Position numbers and translations under genes: made by a program
IMG/VR virus record: IMGVR_UViG_2654587540_000005
From: a virus
Lineage: Duplodnaviria > Heunggongvirae > Uroviricota > Caudoviricetes
Length of the DNA: 44,661 nucleotides
Reading direction: 5' to 3' (one strand)
Shown: piece after piece, positions 8,165-16,557 of the stretch
Layout of the letters: each line of letters starts with the position of its first letter
Numbering within the stretch: the first letter of the stretch is position 1
The notes under the pieces: generated by a model
Databases searched by the model: none
Seen by the model: only the letters and a program-made list of their open reading frames with translations
What the model was told of the DNA's origin: nothing

Positions 8165-8769
8165 TAAGCAGCCGCTCCTTCTAATTCGTCTCGTCTGATG
8201 TTGTAAACGCCATGCGCTTTGTGCTGCTCCGGTGTGCCTTCGAGCATCTTCCACGCTTTGGCGAACGCCTGTTTAAGCTCTTCTACGGTGTTTTTCTGCA
8301 TTGCTGCGTCAGTGAATGCTTTTAGAACCTGTTCAGGTGTAGGTGATGGCTTTGATTGCTTTGCTGCTGCGTTCTGCTGATGTTTATGCTCGTCGGTATC
8401 TGCATCTTTCGCATCATCAATGCCGAATAAACCATTGAGGCAATACTTGCGTGCATAAGAGCTTGTAGCTCCAGTAACTTGTGCAGAATCCATTCCTTTC
8501 TTGCTTTCTTCCTCTCGTGCAAGAGCGGTTGCCGTATGACTGTTTTCGCCATCGGTAATAGTTGCCGTGGCTTTCACGTAATACCGATCACCAATCAACA
8601 CAACTTCATCGCTGATTGATAAAAACAGGCCATTCAGTAACGGCTTAACGCCTTCAAGAATGTCTTCGCAGCTTCTGTATTTATATTTGCCGAATGAGTT
8701 GTACTGATTCTTTGGCGCGTTCAGATTCTCCTGAATAGCTGCCAGTCTTGCGTAAAATTCTTTGCTCAT
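8164..8769 (-). CDS. erf: Erf-family single-strand annealing recombinase
   Basis: ATG at 8769 (MSKEFYARLAAIQENLNAPKNQYNSFGKYKYRSCEDILE...), the conserved Erf N-terminus. Position upstream of ssb matches P22-type recombination modules. Confidence 0.8.
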   Translation of the reverse strand: MSKEFYARLAAIQENLNAPKNQYNSFGKYKYRSCEDILEGVKPLLNGLFLSISDEVVLIGDRYYVKATATITDGENSHTATALAREEESKKGMDSAQVTGATSSYARKYCLNGLFGIDDAKDADTDEHKHQQNAAAKQSKPSPTPEQVLKAFTDAAMQKNTVEELKQAFAKAWKMLEGTPEQHKAHGVYNIRRDELEGAAA

Positions 8770-9025
8770 ATTATTGTTCTCAGAATGGACACGGCCCAAG
8801 GAAATAACGCTGATTTAATACTTCGACTCGGGACAAATTAAGGCATACCCGCATCCCTTCGCGGTCACCATTATGGCGATACCAGAGAGCTTTCTGCGTG
8901 TACATGCGTCTCTGTAACTTGCTCTCCTTCACTGTGGTTGCAAGTGACATGAATATCTCCTTCGTTACCGATTAAATCTTTCATCTGACGAATGAATTCT
9001 TCGTCTGACCAGTTATCTGTAAAAC

Positions 9026-9178
9026 TCATTTCCTGCGATACCACGGAAGGTTGATAGCTGATTTCATCGCTTTATTTGCTTCAAACCACATTTTTGAATC
9101 ACCAATAAATCTGGCTATTACTGCTTTGTTCTGTGCAGCACGAAGCATCTGGTGATTAATGGCTATTTCATTGCGCAT
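9026..9178 (-). CDS. Small ORF in the kil/cIII-position cluster
   Basis: 50 aa ORF with ATG at 9178 and a GGAGG RBS 5 nt upstream; its stop overlaps the next small ORF as ATGA. Confidence 0.3.
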   Translation of the reverse strand: MRNEIAINHQMLRAAQNKAVIARFIGDSKMWFEANKAMKSAINLPWYRRK

Positions 9179-9296
9179 AACGCCTCCAGTTGTTTCTTTG
9201 CTGCTCTGATTAATTGTTTAACTCGGCGTGATAATTCAGATTCGTGCGGGTAGAAAGCGGACATGACGCCGCTACCCGCTAAAATATATTCATTCA

Positions 9297-9809
9297 TTAT
9301 TTGCTCCTGTAGAATTCGCCGTGATGCTTTCTGGCAAAGTCGCAGTAAGCTTTTTTGGCATCTTCTAATTCATTAAAGTACCCTAGATGTTTTTTCTTCC
9401 CGTTTAATTTCCCATAGGCAGCCCACTTTCTACTTTCCTTCTTCCATGTGACTCCTTTGCAACCTGATTTGTTGAGGGTATTTATTTTACTATTCATTGA
9501 ATTCTGTGAGTAAGTTGCAAGCCTCAGATTGCAAATTCTGTTATCTGTCTTTATGCCATTTATATGGTCGATAATACCTTCAGGCTCAACACCGAAAGTG
9601 ATAATCCATGCAAGTCTATGTGCAGCATAGTGTCTTCCGTTAATGAAAATCCTTAAGTAGCCGCTTGTTGTTATTGTTCCGGCAGTTCCACCTATCTTCC
9701 TTGCTCCATAAGATTTTAGCCATGTGAACTCACCAGAAATAGGGTTATATTTGACAACATTATTAATCTCACTTAGGGAAATTAATTCAAGAATCTTTAT
9801 AAGTGCCAT
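9297..9809 (-). CDS. HNH endonuclease with AP2-type DNA-binding domain
   Basis: HNH motif HINGIKTDNRICNLRL and AP2-like segment SGCKGVTWKKESRKWAAYGK. AT-rich; ATG at 9809. Confidence 0.8.
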   Translation of the reverse strand: MALIKILELISLSEINNVVKYNPISGEFTWLKSYGARKIGGTAGTITTSGYLRIFINGRHYAAHRLAWIITFGVEPEGIIDHINGIKTDNRICNLRLATYSQNSMNSKINTLNKSGCKGVTWKKESRKWAAYGKLNGKKKHLGYFNELEDAKKAYCDFARKHHGEFYRSK

Positions 9810-9893
9810 TTTATATCCTATCAACTGCGTTCATTAATCAGCGTTTACGCTCATGAATAAACACCTCTCGTGAAGCGTTATTGGTATGCATAT

Positions 9894-9917
9894 AAAAAGG
9901 CCCTCACACTGGAGGGC
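9894..9917 (-). terminator. Rho-independent terminator for leftward transcription (tL-like)
   Basis: Minus-strand hairpin GCCCTCCAGTGTGAGGGC followed by a U-run, sited between the 83-aa ORF and the HNH gene. Confidence 0.5.
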
Positions 9918-10053
9918 AAAGAAGATTTCCAATAATCAGAACAAGTCGGCTCCTGTTTAGTTACGAGCGACATTGCTCCGTGTATTCACTCGTTGGAATG
10001 AATACACAGTGCAGTGTTTATTCTGTTGTTTGTGCCAAAAATAAAGGCCACCG

Positions 10054-10305
10054 TCAGGCAGCCTTGTTGTAAATGTTGCAGGTATCAAGTAAGTAATTAG
10101 ATGGAGCGCCATAAATTATGAATTCATCGTTTGTCGGGTCCATCTCCATCTCTTGGCCTATTGCCATTCTTGCGTCAGTGTCATCAGCGGCGAAGCATAA
10201 AACAGCCCACGCACCCATTGTTTTAAACAGAACTGCAATTGGCTGTGGTTTTACTGAATTTGCGTTAGCGCGAAAATCACAAATCGCACTTTCATGAAAC
10301 TCCAT
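10054..10305 (-). CDS. Hypothetical protein
   Basis: 83 aa ORF with ATG at 10305 and a GAGGTGAG RBS. Confidence 0.5.
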   Translation of the reverse strand: MEFHESAICDFRANANSVKPQPIAVLFKTMGAWAVLCFAADDTDARMAIGQEMEMDPTNDEFIIYGAPSNYLLDTCNIYNKAA

Positions 10306-10367
10306 ATCTCACCTCAAATAAGTGGTTTGCTGCCAAAACAATGAACCATCCGGAAATTCCAGATAGT

Positions 10368-10592
10368 TCATAATTCACTCTTCAATACTTCCAACTTACT
10401 AATCGCCGATAGATATCCGCGCTGATAGGGCATCATCATTCCTTCGAGCTTGCCACTTCTTAACTCCTCCCTGAGCAATTGTATTGCTTGATCAATAACC
10501 TCTGCCTTAGCGTCCTTTATGGCTTGCTTGCGGGGCTTTGCTTTCTGCTTTGGCAGATTTCTCAAGCATGATGGAATGTATGTCTGATTCAT
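10368..10592 (-). CDS. Hypothetical protein downstream of N
   Basis: ATG at 10592 with a GAGGTAAG RBS, directly following the N stop. Confidence 0.5.
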   Translation of the reverse strand: MNQTYIPSCLRNLPKQKAKPRKQAIKDAKAEVIDQAIQLLREELRSGKLEGMMMPYQRGYLSAISKLEVLKSEL

Positions 10593-10595
10593 CAC

Positions 10596-10859
10596 TTACC
10601 TCGCTGTAACCTGCTTACTTGTACGATGACCAGCTGCGAAAAGCGCAACTTCTGGCAGGCAGACAGTACCACCTTCAACTTCCTTCTGAAGCGTTCCGGC
10701 AAGCGAAATGGCTTTTGTTACGCGTGTACTGCATGTGCTATTTGCTACCCGGCGCGAAAGAGAAGCGTCCTGCATTGCCTGCTCACGTTGAGCCTGTCTG
10801 CGTGCTCTGCGGCGATTTCTGGCGTTATCGTCAGCCAGATATGTAATGACTACTGTCAT
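10596..10859 (-). CDS. N: N-type transcription antitermination protein (P22 gp24-like)
   Basis: 87 aa with an arginine-rich motif (NARNRRRARRQAQREQ) near the N-terminus and a C-terminus (VTKAISLAGT.QKEVEGG...AAGHR.SKQ.TAR) matching P22 gp24. Sits immediately downstream of nutL. Confidence 0.7.
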   Translation of the reverse strand: MTVVITYLADDNARNRRRARRQAQREQAMQDASLSRRVANSTCSTRVTKAISLAGTLQKEVEGGTVCLPEVALFAAGHRTSKQVTAR

Positions 10860-10966
10860 GTTGACCTCCGATGATTGACTTTGGCGGTGACGCGCCGGGT
10901 GCTTATCTTCCGGTTGCCGTCGTGCAGCTGCACTTCACGTCACCCCAAAGCCAACTACTCTTTGGT

Positions 10967-11009
10967 TCCCGCATTTCGGCGGGACAATCCCATCAATGTT
11001 AAAGAGCCT
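10967..11009 (-). promoter_or_regulatory. nutL (boxA plus boxB)
   Basis: On the leftward transcript, boxA-like TGTTAAAGAGCC (10998..11009) is followed by a boxB hairpin at 10967..10984 whose sequence is identical to the nutR boxB. Confidence 0.6.
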
Positions 11010-11057
11010 GCCAATCTGTTCCGTTTGGCTTCCAGCGTCCTGCTGATGGCTAAAGAA

Positions 11058-11095
11058 TACTGTAGGTATTTTATTGTGTAAATACCCAAGGTATT
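11058..11095. promoter_or_regulatory. oL operator sites / pL region
   Basis: Two 13-bp ATAC-N5-GTAT palindromes (atactgtaggtat, atacccaaggtat) and a possible degenerate third at 11127..11139, matching the oR sites. Confidence 0.55.
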
Positions 11096-11226
11096 TATTT
11101 TTGGTGAAATAATGATAAGCAAATGAATACAAAGGATATTTATTTTTTCGGTGTCTGCTTGTTCAGTGTTTTTTATGCGGGATATGTGAAGTGGATCCCG
11201 ATAGCTATTGCTGCCGGGATTATGGG

Positions 11227-11595
11227 TTAGTCAGCGAAGGTTAAGACGAGAATTACCTTAATGATGTCTGCTACAACAGACACAGCCATAGATAAACCAA
11301 AGACGATCCAAGCCATAGAGATGTCTTCACTACCATCGTATAGCGTTCCGTAATCACTGGTGTAAGGCGTAAATGTCGCGCCTTGATACAACAGGTATAA
11401 GCTTGAACCATAGAGGATAAATGCAGATATCCCTTGTATTGCTATGATCACCAGAATCATGAAACGAGCTGATCTATGCGCCCAAGCCTGGCTTATTTTT
11501 TCTGATAGAGATTTCGCAATAAAAGCATGCGCTAAGCCGTAAATTGTCGAGATTGCCAACATCCCAAAAAAGCTTGATATAGCGGTTCCAACCAT
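11227..11595 (-). CDS. Small polytopic membrane protein at the rexAB position
   Basis: ATG at 11595 with an AAGGGG RBS, 18 nt downstream of the cI stop and co-oriented. Three to four predicted TM segments; no similarity to lambda RexB noticed. Confidence 0.6.
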   Translation of the reverse strand: MVGTAISSFFGMLAISTIYGLAHAFIAKSLSEKISQAWAHRSARFMILVIIAIQGISAFILYGSSLYLLYQGATFTPYTSDYGTLYDGSEDISMAWIVFGLSMAVSVVADIIKVILVLTFAD

Positions 11596-11612
11596 AATCG
11601 CCCCTTGCGTGA

Positions 11613-12329
11613 TCAAACCAGCCTTAGTTTTGTCTCAATTGCAACGCCTATAATCTTGCAGTTTCCATTGATTGGCACGAGAGGCCATGCAGGATTAAGT
11701 CCCTTGAGGTATTTATTTCCGCCGTCGATTATCAGCTTCTTGAATGTTGCTTCGTTAGAGTCAGAAAGTTTTGCTATGACCAAGCTGCCGTTGATCGCCT
11801 CCCTTCCGGTATCGAAAAGAACGAATGTTCCCTCTGGAATGCTTAACCCAACCGGTGCCGTCATTGAATCACCTTCCACTTTAAGCCAGAACGCATTACC
11901 TTGAATATGCGCGTCAGACTCAAGCCAAACATCTATGTCTTTAATGGTGTATGGTTCGCATGCTTCACACCACGAGCCAGCCTGGATACTGCTTAACACC
12001 GGATACCTCTTTCCTGCTCTGTATTCCCCTGCATACCTTACGTTGGCATCGCTCTTAAGGCTTTCTGCCTGTTCTGCAACCTTGGCAGCAATTGACTGGC
12101 TAAAATCAGCAATTGAGACTTGCAACAAACGTGCAAAACCAGATGCGACCTCAACGTTTAGCGCGTTTCTGCCATTAAGATAATGCCCTACCGCTCCTTG
12201 GGTGATACCCAGTTCATCAGCGATTGAGTATTGGGTTATTCCCAATTCTTTCTTTTTTGACTCATACAAAGCCTTAAGCCGCTTAGCGTCTTCGAGCTGT
12301 TCTGTCGTCAGTGATTTTTTATTTTCCAT
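11613..12329 (-). CDS. cI: CI-type prophage repressor (HTH plus S24 LexA-like peptidase domain)
   Basis: 238 aa; N-terminal HTH with the lambda-cI-like pattern TTEQLEDAKRLKALYE, C-terminal autocleavage domain (EGDSM...FKKLI). Confidence 0.9.
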   Translation of the reverse strand: MENKKSLTTEQLEDAKRLKALYESKKKELGITQYSIADELGITQGAVGHYLNGRNALNVEVASGFARLLQVSIADFSQSIAAKVAEQAESLKSDANVRYAGEYRAGKRYPVLSSIQAGSWCEACEPYTIKDIDVWLESDAHIQGNAFWLKVEGDSMTAPVGLSIPEGTFVLFDTGREAINGSLVIAKLSDSNEATFKKLIIDGGNKYLKGLNPAWPLVPINGNCKIIGVAIETKLRLV

Positions 12330-12365
12330 AGCTTAATTCTAATAGCTAAGGTACTTAAACTAAAA

Positions 12366-12403
12366 ATACCCTGAGTATTGATTGCTTTGAATACCTGTAG
12401 TAT
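12366..12403. promoter_or_regulatory. oR operator sites with divergent pRM/pR
   Basis: Two 13-bp ATAC-N5-GTAT palindromes (ataccctgagtat, atacctgtagtat) between the divergent cI and cro starts. Confidence 0.6.
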
Positions 12404-12435
12404 TCTTTGTTCATGGTTAATAACGGAGAGTGCAT

Positions 12436-12630
12436 ATGATTCGAATGACACTTGCCGATTACGCCAAAATCCATGGACAGGCTAAAGCAGCCAGTGACTT
12501 TGGTGTAATCCAGTGCGCTATCAGCAAGGCCATTCTGGCAGGCCGTAACATCATGGTTACGGTAAAGCCTGATGGCAGTGTGATTGGAGAGGAAGTTCGT
12601 CCTTTCCCAAGCAACAAGAAAAACAAATAG
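12436..12630 (+). CDS. cro: Cro repressor
   Basis: ATG at 12436 (the ORF track begins at a GTG at 12430). Close to lambda Cro (..DYA...GQ.K.A.D.GV.Q.AI.KAI.AGR.I...DGSV..EEV.PFPSNKK). Confidence 0.85.
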   Translation: MIRMTLADYAKIHGQAKAASDFGVIQCAISKAILAGRNIMVTVKPDGSVIGEEVRPFPSNKKNK

Positions 12631-12636
12631 TAACAC

Positions 12637-12679
12637 CGCTCTTTAACAGTCATGGTCATCATTCCCGCCGAAATGCGGG
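12637..12679 (+). promoter_or_regulatory. nutR (boxA plus boxB)
   Basis: boxA CGCTCTTTAACA (12637..12648) followed by a boxB hairpin (stem CCCGC/GCGGG, 12664..12679). Confidence 0.65.
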
Positions 12680-12738
12680 AATACAACGCGCATAATTTGA
12701 TGCGCATAACTTCTTATTTGTTAAGGAAATACTTACAT

Positions 12739-13017
12739 ATGCAACTTACAAGTACTCGCAAGAAAGCGAATGCAATTACAAGCAACATCCTGAATCGAAT
12801 TGCTGTACGTGGTCAGCGAAAGGTTGCCGACGCGTTAGGGATTAATGAATCGCAAATTTCGCGATGGAAAGATAGCTTCATCCCCAAAATGGGAATGCTT
12901 CTGGCTGTTCTTGAATGGGGTGTTGAAGACGAGGAGTTGGCGGAACTGGCTAAGAAAGTAGCCAGAATGCTGACAAAAGAAAAAGCCCCGAAGAACGGCG
13001 AATTCTTCGAGGCCTGA
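12739..13017 (+). CDS. cII: CII transcriptional activator
   Basis: ATG at 12739 with an AAGGA RBS. Matches lambda CII (…SQISRWK…[14 protein letters not shown]…). Confidence 0.85.
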   Translation: MQLTSTRKKANAITSNILNRIAVRGQRKVADALGINESQISRWKDSFIPKMGMLLAVLEWGVEDEELAELAKKVARMLTKEKAPKNGEFFEA

Positions 13018-13051
13018 TGTAGAAAGACTGGATCAATCCACAGGAGTCATT

Positions 13052-13198
13052 ATGACAAAACAACTCAGTCCTTACCAGGACAAAATTCACAAACACATAC
13101 TACGTGATCGCTTCCTGTCCAGCTTCAAGCAACCTGGTCGATTCCGGGCTGAGTTGGAAAAAGTGAAGCTGATGCAGAAGGAGAAAGGTCATGAGTAA
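13052..13198 (+). CDS. Small ORF between cII and the replication gene
   Basis: 48-codon ATG ORF ([15 protein letters not shown]...) ending just inside the O-like gene start. Below the ORF-track cutoff; function unknown. Confidence 0.3.
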   Translation: MTKQLSPYQDKIHKHILRDRFLSSFKQPGRFRAELEKVKLMQKEKGHE

Positions 13199-14051
13199 TA
13201 TTGCAACCGTAACACATTTAAGGCCTTCACAACGGCCTGTGGAGCGTCGTGTGGCAGAAGTTGAAGATGGTTATACCCGTCTTGCAAATGCCCTGTATGA
13301 AGAGCTTATCGGCGCAGATTTAACGAAAAATCAGAGCAAGGTTGCCCACGCCATATGCCGTAAAACATACGGCTACGGTAAAAAGATGGATCGCATCTCT
13401 GATAGTCAGTTAGCTCAAATTACCAGGCTGCCAAGACAGAAGGTAAACAAGGCCAAGAATGAGCTTATCGCGATGAAGGTTATCCTTCGCGAAGGCCAGC
13501 AAATCGGGCCTAACAAGAACATCGAGGAATGGCAAATAGAAGGGTGTCACTACTCTGGTGATAATGTCACTGCATTGGTGACAAAAAGTGTCACCAAAAC
13601 GGTGACAGCGCTGTCACCAAAACAGGGACACACAAAAGAAACTATTACAAAAGAAAAAAGAAATAATAAAAACACTATGTCCGAAAGTGTTCGGACGGAG
13701 TGTGAAAAATCACCTGACCATCACGAAGAAACCGACAAGGCATTCGAGGAAATATTCTGGTGTGCGGGCATGCGGAAAGCCGGGAAGAAAAACGCAGCTT
13801 CAGCATTCAGAACACAGTTCAGGGAATGGCGTAAAACTACCAGGGGTACGGCAAGCGAGTTTGCCACGATGCTGGCAGAAGACATCGCATGCAGGAATGG
13901 TAAGCAGTTCGGATTCGACAGGTTGTTACCATCGAGCTACCTGAACGGTCAGCGCTGGAACGACGAGAAGCCAGAAACCATTCAACCACAATCCAAACCA
14001 TCATCCGCAATCACCGTATCGAAAACTGGCTACGTGTTTTTCGACAGGTGA
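13191..14051 (+). CDS. O: Replication initiator, lambda O-like N-terminal domain
   Basis: N-terminus matches the lambda O DNA-binding domain ([42 protein letters not shown]...) and contains iterons; the C-terminal half differs from lambda O. Confidence 0.8.
   Translation: MSNIATVTHLRPSQRPVERRVAEVEDGYTRLANALYEELIGADLTKNQSKVAHAICRKTYGYGKKMDRISDSQLAQITRLPRQKVNKAKNELIAMKVILREGQQIGPNKNIEEWQIEGCHYSGDNVTALVTKSVTKTVTALSPKQGHTKETITKEKRNNKNTMSESVRTECEKSPDHHEETDKAFEEIFWCAGMRKAGKKNAASAFRTQFREWRKTTRGTASEFATMLAEDIACRNGKQFGFDRLLPSSYLNGQRWNDEKPETIQPQSKPSSAITVSKTGYVFFDR
13565..13618. repeat. Origin iterons inside the O-like gene
   Basis: Five copies of GGTGACA/TGTCACC at roughly 12-bp spacing (13565..13618), followed by an AT-rich tract (13626..13680), as at ori-lambda. 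Confidence 0.6.
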
Positions 14052-14158
14052 ACCATGAAATCAAAAATCAAATCGCTACTGGTCGCTGGTTATAACCACG
14101 GCTGGTTAAGTATTTCGTTTGTCGATTTCTGGTTTAAAAATCTCAATCTGAGGGAATC

Positions 14159-16039
14159 ATGAGGCCAAGTGAACTTAGCGACCTGCTTTGGGCGCAGGTT
14201 GACAGGGTGGCTCCGCACCTGTTGCCAAATGGCAAGAAAGAGGGGCATGAGTGGGTTGCCGGTAACGTCAACGGTGACAAGGGAAACAGCCTTAAGGTCA
14301 ACCTTAGCGGCAAGAAAAAATGGGCTGATTTCGCTGAGGGAGACGGCGGTGACATGCTTGATTTGTGGATGGCATGTCGTGGAATTAACCTGCATCAGGC
14401 TATGCAGGAAGCGAAAGCATTTCTCGGTATCAAGGATGACGATCACCATTTCGATGCCAGACGTGAGAAGAAATTCTCCAGACCTGATCGCAAGAAAATC
14501 GCCCGCTACGTTACCAGAACAGAATCCCATCTTGAGTACCTGCAATCGCGTGGCATATCGCCAGAAGTCGTAAAGCGCTACGAGGTTGTCAGCGGCAAGG
14601 TGTGGAATGGAGAACGAGAACTGGATGCTCTGGTGCTTCCGTACAAACGCGATGGTGAGTTGTTGCAGGTCAAGCGAATCAGCACTGAGCGCCCGGACGG
14701 GAAGAAAGTCATTATGGCAGAAGGTGATTGCGAACCTTGTCTGTTCGGATGGCAGGCTCTGGACGCTGGCGTGAGGGCGGTTGTACTTTGCGAAGGCGAA
14801 ATTGATTGTATGAGCTATGCGCAATATGGCATCTCGGCGTTATCCGTGCCGTTTGGTGGCGGGAAAGGAGCTAAACAGCAGTGGATTGAGTTTGAGTATC
14901 ACAACCTCGACAGGTTTGAGGAAATATTCATCTCGATGGACGTTGATGATGTTGGTCGTGAAGCCGCAAGGGAAATCGCAAGCCGACTCGGTGAACATCG
15001 TTGCCGTCTTGTTACTCTGCCGTACAAAGACATCAACGAATGCCTGATGAACGGTGTTACCGAGGATGAAATCTGGCAGTACATCGGCACGGCATCCTAC
15101 TTCGATCCTGAAGAACTCTACAGCGCGCGAGAGTTTTACCAGGACACTATCAACGCTTTCTACGGCAAGCAGCAGTATCTGTTTAATCCACCGTGGGAAT
15201 CTCTGGCAGATAAATTCCAGTTCCGTGAGGCCGAGTTGACGCTGGTCAATGGTGTGAACGGTCACGGAAAAACGGAGGTTGTCGGGCATATGGCACTTGA
15301 GGCAATGCGTCAGGGTGTGAAGACGTGCATCGCGTCACTTGAGCTGAAGCCTGGTATTCTCCTTAAGCGCCTTACCCGTCAGGCGACGTGCTGCAAGATG
15401 CCGCCAGTGCTGGAAATTGACTCTGCATTTAAATTTTATGACGAAAGACTTTGGGTGTTTGGCCTGACCGGAACGGCGAAAGCCGACAGGCTGATCGAAA
15501 TATTCGACTACGCTCGCCGCCGATACGGCATCCAGTTATTCATTATCGACAGCCTGATGAAATGTGGCATAGGCGACGATGACTATAACGGGCAGAAGGC
15601 GTTTGTTGACTCGATTTGCGACTTCAAAAACAAAACAAACTCCCACGTCATTCTCGTTACTCACTCGCGAAAAGGAGACAGCGAAGAAAAACCAACCGGG
15701 AAAATGGACGTAAAAGGCTCTGGAGCGATAACAGACCTGACAGACAACCTTTTCATCATCTGGCGTAACAAGGCTCGCGAGAGAGCGTTACAGAGAGTTC
15801 AGAGTGGTGAAAAGATGTCAGAGAAGGACGAACAGCTACTGGCATCTCCGGCATCTGTTTTGATGCTTGAAAAACAACGTAACGGTGAAGGTTGGGAAGG
15901 TGGTGTCCCGTTGTTCCTTGACGAGCAATCGCACCAGTTCCTGCAACTTGAATCAGGATCGCCATATAGCTACATCGCCAATATGCCGAAATCGGAATAT
16001 GACGAGGCGTGGCGACAGGAAAACGTGACAGAGTATTAA
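14159..16039 (+). CDS. Bifunctional Toprim primase / RecA-fold helicase
   Basis: 626 aa with ATG at 14159 and a GAGGGA RBS. Toprim signatures (VVLCEGEIDCMSYAQYG, ISMDVDDVGREAA), Walker A GVNGHGKT and Walker B LFIIDSL. Confidence 0.75.
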   Translation: MRPSELSDLLWAQVDRVAPHLLPNGKKEGHEWVAGNVNGDKGNSLKVNLSGKKKWADFAEGDGGDMLDLWMACRGINLHQAMQEAKAFLGIKDDDHHFDARREKKFSRPDRKKIARYVTRTESHLEYLQSRGISPEVVKRYEVVSGKVWNGERELDALVLPYKRDGELLQVKRISTERPDGKKVIMAEGDCEPCLFGWQALDAGVRAVVLCEGEIDCMSYAQYGISALSVPFGGGKGAKQQWIEFEYHNLDRFEEIFISMDVDDVGREAAREIASRLGEHRCRLVTLPYKDINECLMNGVTEDEIWQYIGTASYFDPEELYSAREFYQDTINAFYGKQQYLFNPPWESLADKFQFREAELTLVNGVNGHGKTEVVGHMALEAMRQGVKTCIASLELKPGILLKRLTRQATCCKMPPVLEIDSAFKFYDERLWVFGLTGTAKADRLIEIFDYARRRYGIQLFIIDSLMKCGIGDDDYNGQKAFVDSICDFKNKTNSHVILVTHSRKGDSEEKPTGKMDVKGSGAITDLTDNLFIIWRNKARERALQRVQSGEKMSEKDEQLLASPASVLMLEKQRNGEGWEGGVPLFLDEQSHQFLQLESGSPYSYIANMPKSEYDEAWRQENVTEY

Positions 16040-16068
16040 ATGACCATCTACATCACTGAGCTTGTAAC

Positions 16069-16100
16069 AGGCCTGCTGGTAATCGCAGGCCTTTTTATTT
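16069..16100 (+). terminator. Rho-independent terminator after the replication genes
   Basis: Stem AGGCCTGC/GCAGGCCT followed by a T-run. Confidence 0.5.
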
Positions 16101-16116
16101 GGGGGAGAGGGAAGTC

Positions 16117-16557
16117 ATGAAAAAACTAACCTTTGAAATTCGATCTCCAGCACATCAGCAAAACGCTATTCACGCAGTACAGCAAATCCTTCCAGACCCA
16201 ACCAAACCAATCGTAGTAACCATTCAGGAACGCAACCGCAGCTTAGACCAAAACAGGAAGCTATGGGCTTGCCTTGGTGACGTCTCTCGTCAGGTTGAAT
16301 GGCATGGTCGCTGGCTGGATGCAGAAAGCTGGAAGTGTGTGTTTACCGCAGCATTAAAGCAGCAGGATGTTGTTCCTAACCTTGCCGGGAATGGCTTTGT
16401 GGTAATAGGCCAGTCAACCAGCAGGATGCGTGTAGGCGAATTTGCGGAGCTATTAGAGCTTATACAGGCATTCGGTACAGAGCGTGGCGTTAAGTGGTCA
16501 GACGAAGCGAGACTGGCTCTGGAGTGGAAAGCGAGATGGGGAGATCGGGCTGCATGA
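16117..16557 (+). CDS. ninB: NinB recombination protein
   Basis: ATG at 16117 (the ORF track begins at a TTG at 16099). Protein MKKLTFEIRSPAHQQNAIHAVQQILPDPTKP... is lambda NinB-like. Confidence 0.85.
   Translation: MKKLTFEIRSPAHQQNAIHAVQQILPDPTKPIVVTIQERNRSLDQNRKLWACLGDVSRQVEWHGRWLDAESWKCVFTAALKQQDVVPNLAGNGFVVIGQSTSRMRVGEFAELLELIQAFGTERGVKWSDEARLALEWKARWGDRAA

Noticed and set aside
9980-10015. Perfect 9-bp inverted repeat gtgtattca...tgaatacac
   Set aside because: Noted as a possible protein-binding site or terminator, but there is no adjacent U-run on either strand and no second copy to suggest an operator; left unassigned.
10875-11081. 68-aa plus-strand ORF
   Set aside because: Overlaps the nutL boxA/boxB and pL/oL region and runs against leftward transcription; better explained as regulatory DNA.
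12355-12707. Minus-strand ORFs of 93 and 82 aa spanning oR and cro
   Set aside because: They cross the operator region and are antisense to cro, whose product matches lambda Cro.
14090-14824. 244-aa minus-strand ORF
   Set aside because: Lies entirely antisense to the well-supported Toprim primase/helicase gene, with no RBS and no recognisable domain; almost certainly a frame artefact.
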